Assembly: GCA_036149055.1 (NCBI GenBank)
Contig: JAYZQJ010000028.1
Coordinates: 1-39,315, forward strand
Length of the DNA: 39,315 nucleotides
Source: Myxococcota bacterium
GTDB lineage: Bacteria; Myxococcota_A; Polyangia; Polyangiales; Sandaracinaceae
Direction: 5' to 3'
This document shows positions 36,215-39,315 of this stretch, in pieces. The notes beneath the pieces are model-generated. The model was not told the DNA's origin, searched no databases, and saw nothing but the letters and a program-made list of their open reading frames with translations. Made by a program: the position numbers and the translations under genes. Positions within the stretch are counted from its first letter, which is position 1, and every line of letters starts with the position of its first letter.

Positions 36215-37482
36215 TCCGCGGCTTCGGGGGCGCGCACGAGTCGGAGGCGCTCGAGGGCGCCCTGCCGCGCGACCGGAACAACCCGCGCGCGCCGAAGCAC
36301 GGGCTCTACGCCGAGCAGATCAACGGCACCTCGTTCACCGTGCCGCGGCACCGCAACCGCCGCGTCTGGACCTACCGCATCCGCCCCTCGACCTGCGTCG
36401 GGCCGTGGCGCGGGTACGCGCACGCGACCTTCAACCTCGCCTACCTGGAGGCGCGCCCCGAGATCGCGCTGCGCGGCTGGCGCCCGCCGGCGCTCGAGGG
36501 GGATCGCGACTTCCTCGACGGGCTCGCGACCTACGGCGGCGCGGGGGACCCGGCGAACCGGCGGGGCTTCGCCGCCCACCAGTACGTGGCCACGCGCTCG
36601 ATGGACCGCCGCGCGTTCGTGAACCACGACGGGGACCTGCTGCTCCTGCCCGACACCGGCGCGCTCCGGATCCGCACCGAGCTCGGCGCGTTGACGGTGA
36701 AGCCGGGCGAGCTCGCGCTCCTGCCCCGCGCGATCACCTTCTCGGTCGACGTCGACGGCCCCTCTCGCGGCTACCTCTTCGAGGCCTACGCGCGGTCGTT
36801 CGAGCTGCCCGAGCGCGGCGTCATCGGCGCGAACGCGGTGACCGACGCGCGTCACTTCGAGGCGCCGGACGCCGCCTTCGAGGAGGACGACGAGGCCTGG
36901 GAGATCGTCGCCAAGCAGGGCGGCGCGCTGCACCACGCGGAGCGGGAGGGCACGCCCTTCGACGTCGTCGCCTGGCACGGGGACCTGGCGCCCTACCGCT
37001 ACGACCTCGCCATGTTCGTCCCGGTCGGCGCCATCGATCGCGACCACCCGGACCCGAGCCTGTTCACCGTGCTGAGCGCGCCCCTCGATCAGCCGGGCGA
37101 GAACACCGCCGACCTCGTCGTCTTCCCCGAGCGCTGGGACGTCACCGAGGACACCTTCCGCCCGCCCTACTTCCACAAGAACGCGGCCACCGAGCTCAAC
37201 GGCATCGTGACCGGGCCGGACCGCGACCAGGTCTTCGCGCGCGGCGGGCTCTTCCTGACCCCGCCCCACACCCCACACGGCGTGCCCGACGGCGCGGTGG
37301 CGCGCGAGCTCGCGCGGGGCGAAGACGCGCCGAAGCGGCTGGGCGTGGGCGAGCGCTGGATGCAGCTCGAGAGCACCTTCCCGATGCACCTGAGCCCTTG
37401 GGCGATGGCCGCGCCGCACCGCGACGCCACGTTCGGCGAGGCGGTCCGCGAGATCGAGAAGCGCTTCCTCCGCGAGGTGTGA
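36211..37482 (+). CDS. hmgA: Homogentisate 1,2-dioxygenase-like
   Basis: GLYAEQINGTSFT, YRIRPS, PFDVVAWHG, DHPDPSLFTVL, TFRPPYFH, TPHG. GTGA overlap. Confidence 0.85.
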   Translation: MIRGFGGAHESEALEGALPRDRNNPRAPKHGLYAEQINGTSFTVPRHRNRRVWTYRIRPSTCVGPWRGYAHATFNLAYLEARPEIALRGWRPPALEGDRDFLDGLATYGGAGDPANRRGFAAHQYVATRSMDRRAFVNHDGDLLLLPDTGALRIRTELGALTVKPGELALLPRAITFSVDVDGPSRGYLFEAYARSFELPERGVIGANAVTDARHFEAPDAAFEEDDEAWEIVAKQGGALHHAEREGTPFDVVAWHGDLAPYRYDLAMFVPVGAIDRDHPDPSLFTVLSAPLDQPGENTADLVVFPERWDVTEDTFRPPYFHKNAATELNGIVTGPDRDQVFARGGLFLTPPHTPHGVPDGAVARELARGEDAPKRLGVGERWMQLESTFPMHLSPWAMAAPHRDATFGEAVREIEKRFLREV

Positions 37483-37494
37483 GACCTTGCCTGC

Positions 37495-38037
37495 ATGCGC
37501 ACGCGCCTGCTCGCCGCCCTCGCCCTGCTCGCCCTCCCCGCCCCGGCCGTCGCCGACGTGGCCCCACCGCCGCTCGACGAGGTCGAGTGCCCGGTCGGCG
37601 CGGTCGCGGTGATGGACCAGCCGGCGGAAGGGGAGACCGACCCGCTCGGGCGGCCGGCGCGCCCGTGGCCGATCTGCGTCCCGACCAACTGCGCCTCCGA
37701 CGCGGACTGCGAGGACGGCCGCGTGTGCTCTCGCGCGGAGATCGGCATGTGCCTCGAAGCGGTGGAGGGCCGAGCGCACCCGAACATTCGCAGGCGCGGC
37801 TGCGAGCCCGACGGCACCTGCCTCAACGTCGACAGCCGCTGCGACCGGGCGCGCCGATGCGTGGCGCCCGACGCGCAGCCCGAGCCCGCCGCCGAGGGCG
37901 ACAGCGAAGGGACGGCGCCCGCTCCCCCCGCCGCGCGGGCGTCGGGTTGCGGATGCTGGGTCGCGGGCCGGACGGCGCCGCTCTCCGGGCTCTTCCTCCT
38001 CGGCGCGCTGCTCGTCTGGCGCCGCGTCGGAGCCTGA
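37495..38037 (+). CDS. Secreted Cys-rich protein with MYXO-CTERM-like tail
   Basis: Signal peptide ending AVA-D, many Cys, SGCGCW...LFLLGALLVWRR. Confidence 0.75.
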   Translation: MRTRLLAALALLALPAPAVADVAPPPLDEVECPVGAVAVMDQPAEGETDPLGRPARPWPICVPTNCASDADCEDGRVCSRAEIGMCLEAVEGRAHPNIRRRGCEPDGTCLNVDSRCDRARRCVAPDAQPEPAAEGDSEGTAPAPPAARASGCGCWVAGRTAPLSGLFLLGALLVWRRVGA

Positions 38038-38210
38038 GCGCGCGCAGGTCGACGCCGCCGCGCTCCGTGAACGCGAACGGCACGAGCCCCGCACCTAGAT
38101 CACGCCCGCGTCGGAGACGACCGTGCCGGTGGCGAGCACCTGGTCGGGCCACGGGTAGCTCGCAGGAACGCGCGGCGTGATGAGCAGGAGAGCGACACGA
38201 CGCCAGCGCG

Positions 38211-38789
38211 TCAGGCCTGCACGATGGGCCCCGGCTCGAAGCGCACGCGCACCGGCGCCACGAGCTCGTCGAGGTTGTGAGGGGCGTTGCGCATGTGGAA
38301 GCGCATCTCGCCGACGTCGTCGTACTTCAGCTCGCGGAGCGAGGCGCGCAGATCCGCCTCGACCTCGGCGACGCTGACCCCCAGCGCGTTCGCGACCGCC
38401 TCGGTGGGCGGAACCGGCTCGGCGGACGGGTCGTAGTGGAGGACCGACAGGTCGATCATGCGCTCTCGCAGCGCGTCGGGGATGGTCCAGAGGGCGCCGT
38501 GCGGCTCCAGGTAGACGGCGGCCAGATCGATCTCCTCGTGACCGATCACCATGAGGGGAAGATCGCGCCAGCGCGCGCGGATCCAGCCGCAGAGATCCCA
38601 GCCGCTCATGTCCTCGAGCCGAGCGTCCACGACCACCGAGAGCGCGCCTGCGTAGTGAAGCTCCTTCTGCGCGCCCGCGCCGGTCTCCCAGTGGGTCACC
38701 TCCCCGTGCAGCTGCAGGCCGCGGATGATGGGATCGAGCACCTCGGGCGGAGGGGTGCCGACGACGAGGAAGGGCGGGTAGTCGCTCAT
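38211..38789 (-). CDS. Hypothetical protein with a degenerate receiver-like N-terminal domain
   Basis: 'VVVDARLEDMSGWDLC..IR...LPLMVI' resembles the REC beta3-beta4 region, good codon bias. Confidence 0.6.
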   Translation of the reverse strand: MSDYPPFLVVGTPPPEVLDPIIRGLQLHGEVTHWETGAGAQKELHYAGALSVVVDARLEDMSGWDLCGWIRARWRDLPLMVIGHEEIDLAAVYLEPHGALWTIPDALRERMIDLSVLHYDPSAEPVPPTEAVANALGVSVAEVEADLRASLRELKYDDVGEMRFHMRNAPHNLDELVAPVRVRFEPGPIVQA

Positions 38790-38920
38790 GAGGGCGGTGT
38801 CGCACAGGCCGACGCTCGGGGCGAGCGGGCGCGAGGCGGGTTTCGCCGTCCGTCCACCCGGGGTCGAACTTCCGAAAGATCTCGTGGTCGCCTGCGGGCG
38901 CTCGTTCTCGAGGGCTGCAT

Positions 38921-39141
38921 GACCAGGTGGTCTCTTCTCGAGCGCTCCACGTTCTCGAGCGCTTCACGACCAGGTGGTCTCGTCGCGCGACTCGCTCATG
39001 ACCAGGTGGTCTCGTCGCGCGACGCGCTCATGACCAGGTGGTCTCGTCGCTCCGCTCTCGAGCGCTTCACGACCAGGTGGTCTCGTCGCGCGACGCGCTG
39101 GTGACCAGGTGATCTCATCGCTCCACGACCAGGTGGTCTCG
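38921..39141. repeat. Tandem array of 7 palindromic GACCA-GG-TGGTC(TCGTCGC) units
   Basis: Copies start at 38921, 38968, 39000, 39032, 39071, 39103 (one mismatch) and 39127. Spacing 47, 32, 32, 39, 32, 24. Confidence 0.9.
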
Positions 39142-39315
39142 CCCGGGGGGCATCCGGGATCTCGAGGTCCGCGCCGCGACGACCACCGCCTCGATTTCGG
39201 CACGGATCTTTCGCGATCGAGGCCGCCCGACCGGCGGCCGCCACCCGCCCGCCGGCGGACCGCCACCTCCCGGGGCCGAATTCCCGAGTGATCTCGTCGC
39301 CGCCTCGATGGATCG

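Noticed and set aside
38040..38210. Small minus-strand ORF ending YPWPDQVLATGTVVSDAGVI
   Set aside because: Too short, with no clear start or motif.
38921..39141. CRISPR array
   Set aside because: The repeat is only about 19 nt, linkers are short (about 5-28 nt) and similar to each other, and no cas genes are in the window.

Overview
Very GC-rich bacterial window. MYXO-CTERM-like tails, many lipoproteins and a Ser/Thr kinase suggest Myxococcota (inference). It has two zones. (1) About 1-8.8 kb is an accessory, locally lower-GC mosaic of mostly minus-strand genes: an SMI1/KNR4 immunity protein, a second immunity-like protein, lipoproteins and an FGE-sulfatase-like protein. Four different dispersed repeats (A-D) stitch it together, two of them framing unrelated 'cargo' sequence, and it also holds a Y-shaped palindrome and a ~42-bp phased A-tract array. 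(2) About 8.9-38.8 kb is ordinary chromosome: matrixin, CPBP protease, Cu monooxygenase, FG-GAP protein, ABC1 kinase with a divergent Coq4-like gene, hybrid histidine kinase, Ser/Thr kinase, pepP-like/phosphatase/def/MOSC cluster, beta-helix protein, SUI1, flavin reductase and hmgA. Highlights are the repeat-framed cassette array, an editing-domain-less threonyl-tRNA synthetase behind a Thr4 leader peptide with alternative hairpins and an anti-SD stem, and a 7-copy palindromic repeat array at the right end. No tRNA, rRNA, CRISPR, integrase or transposase was recognised. All family calls are by motif recognition, without database searches.
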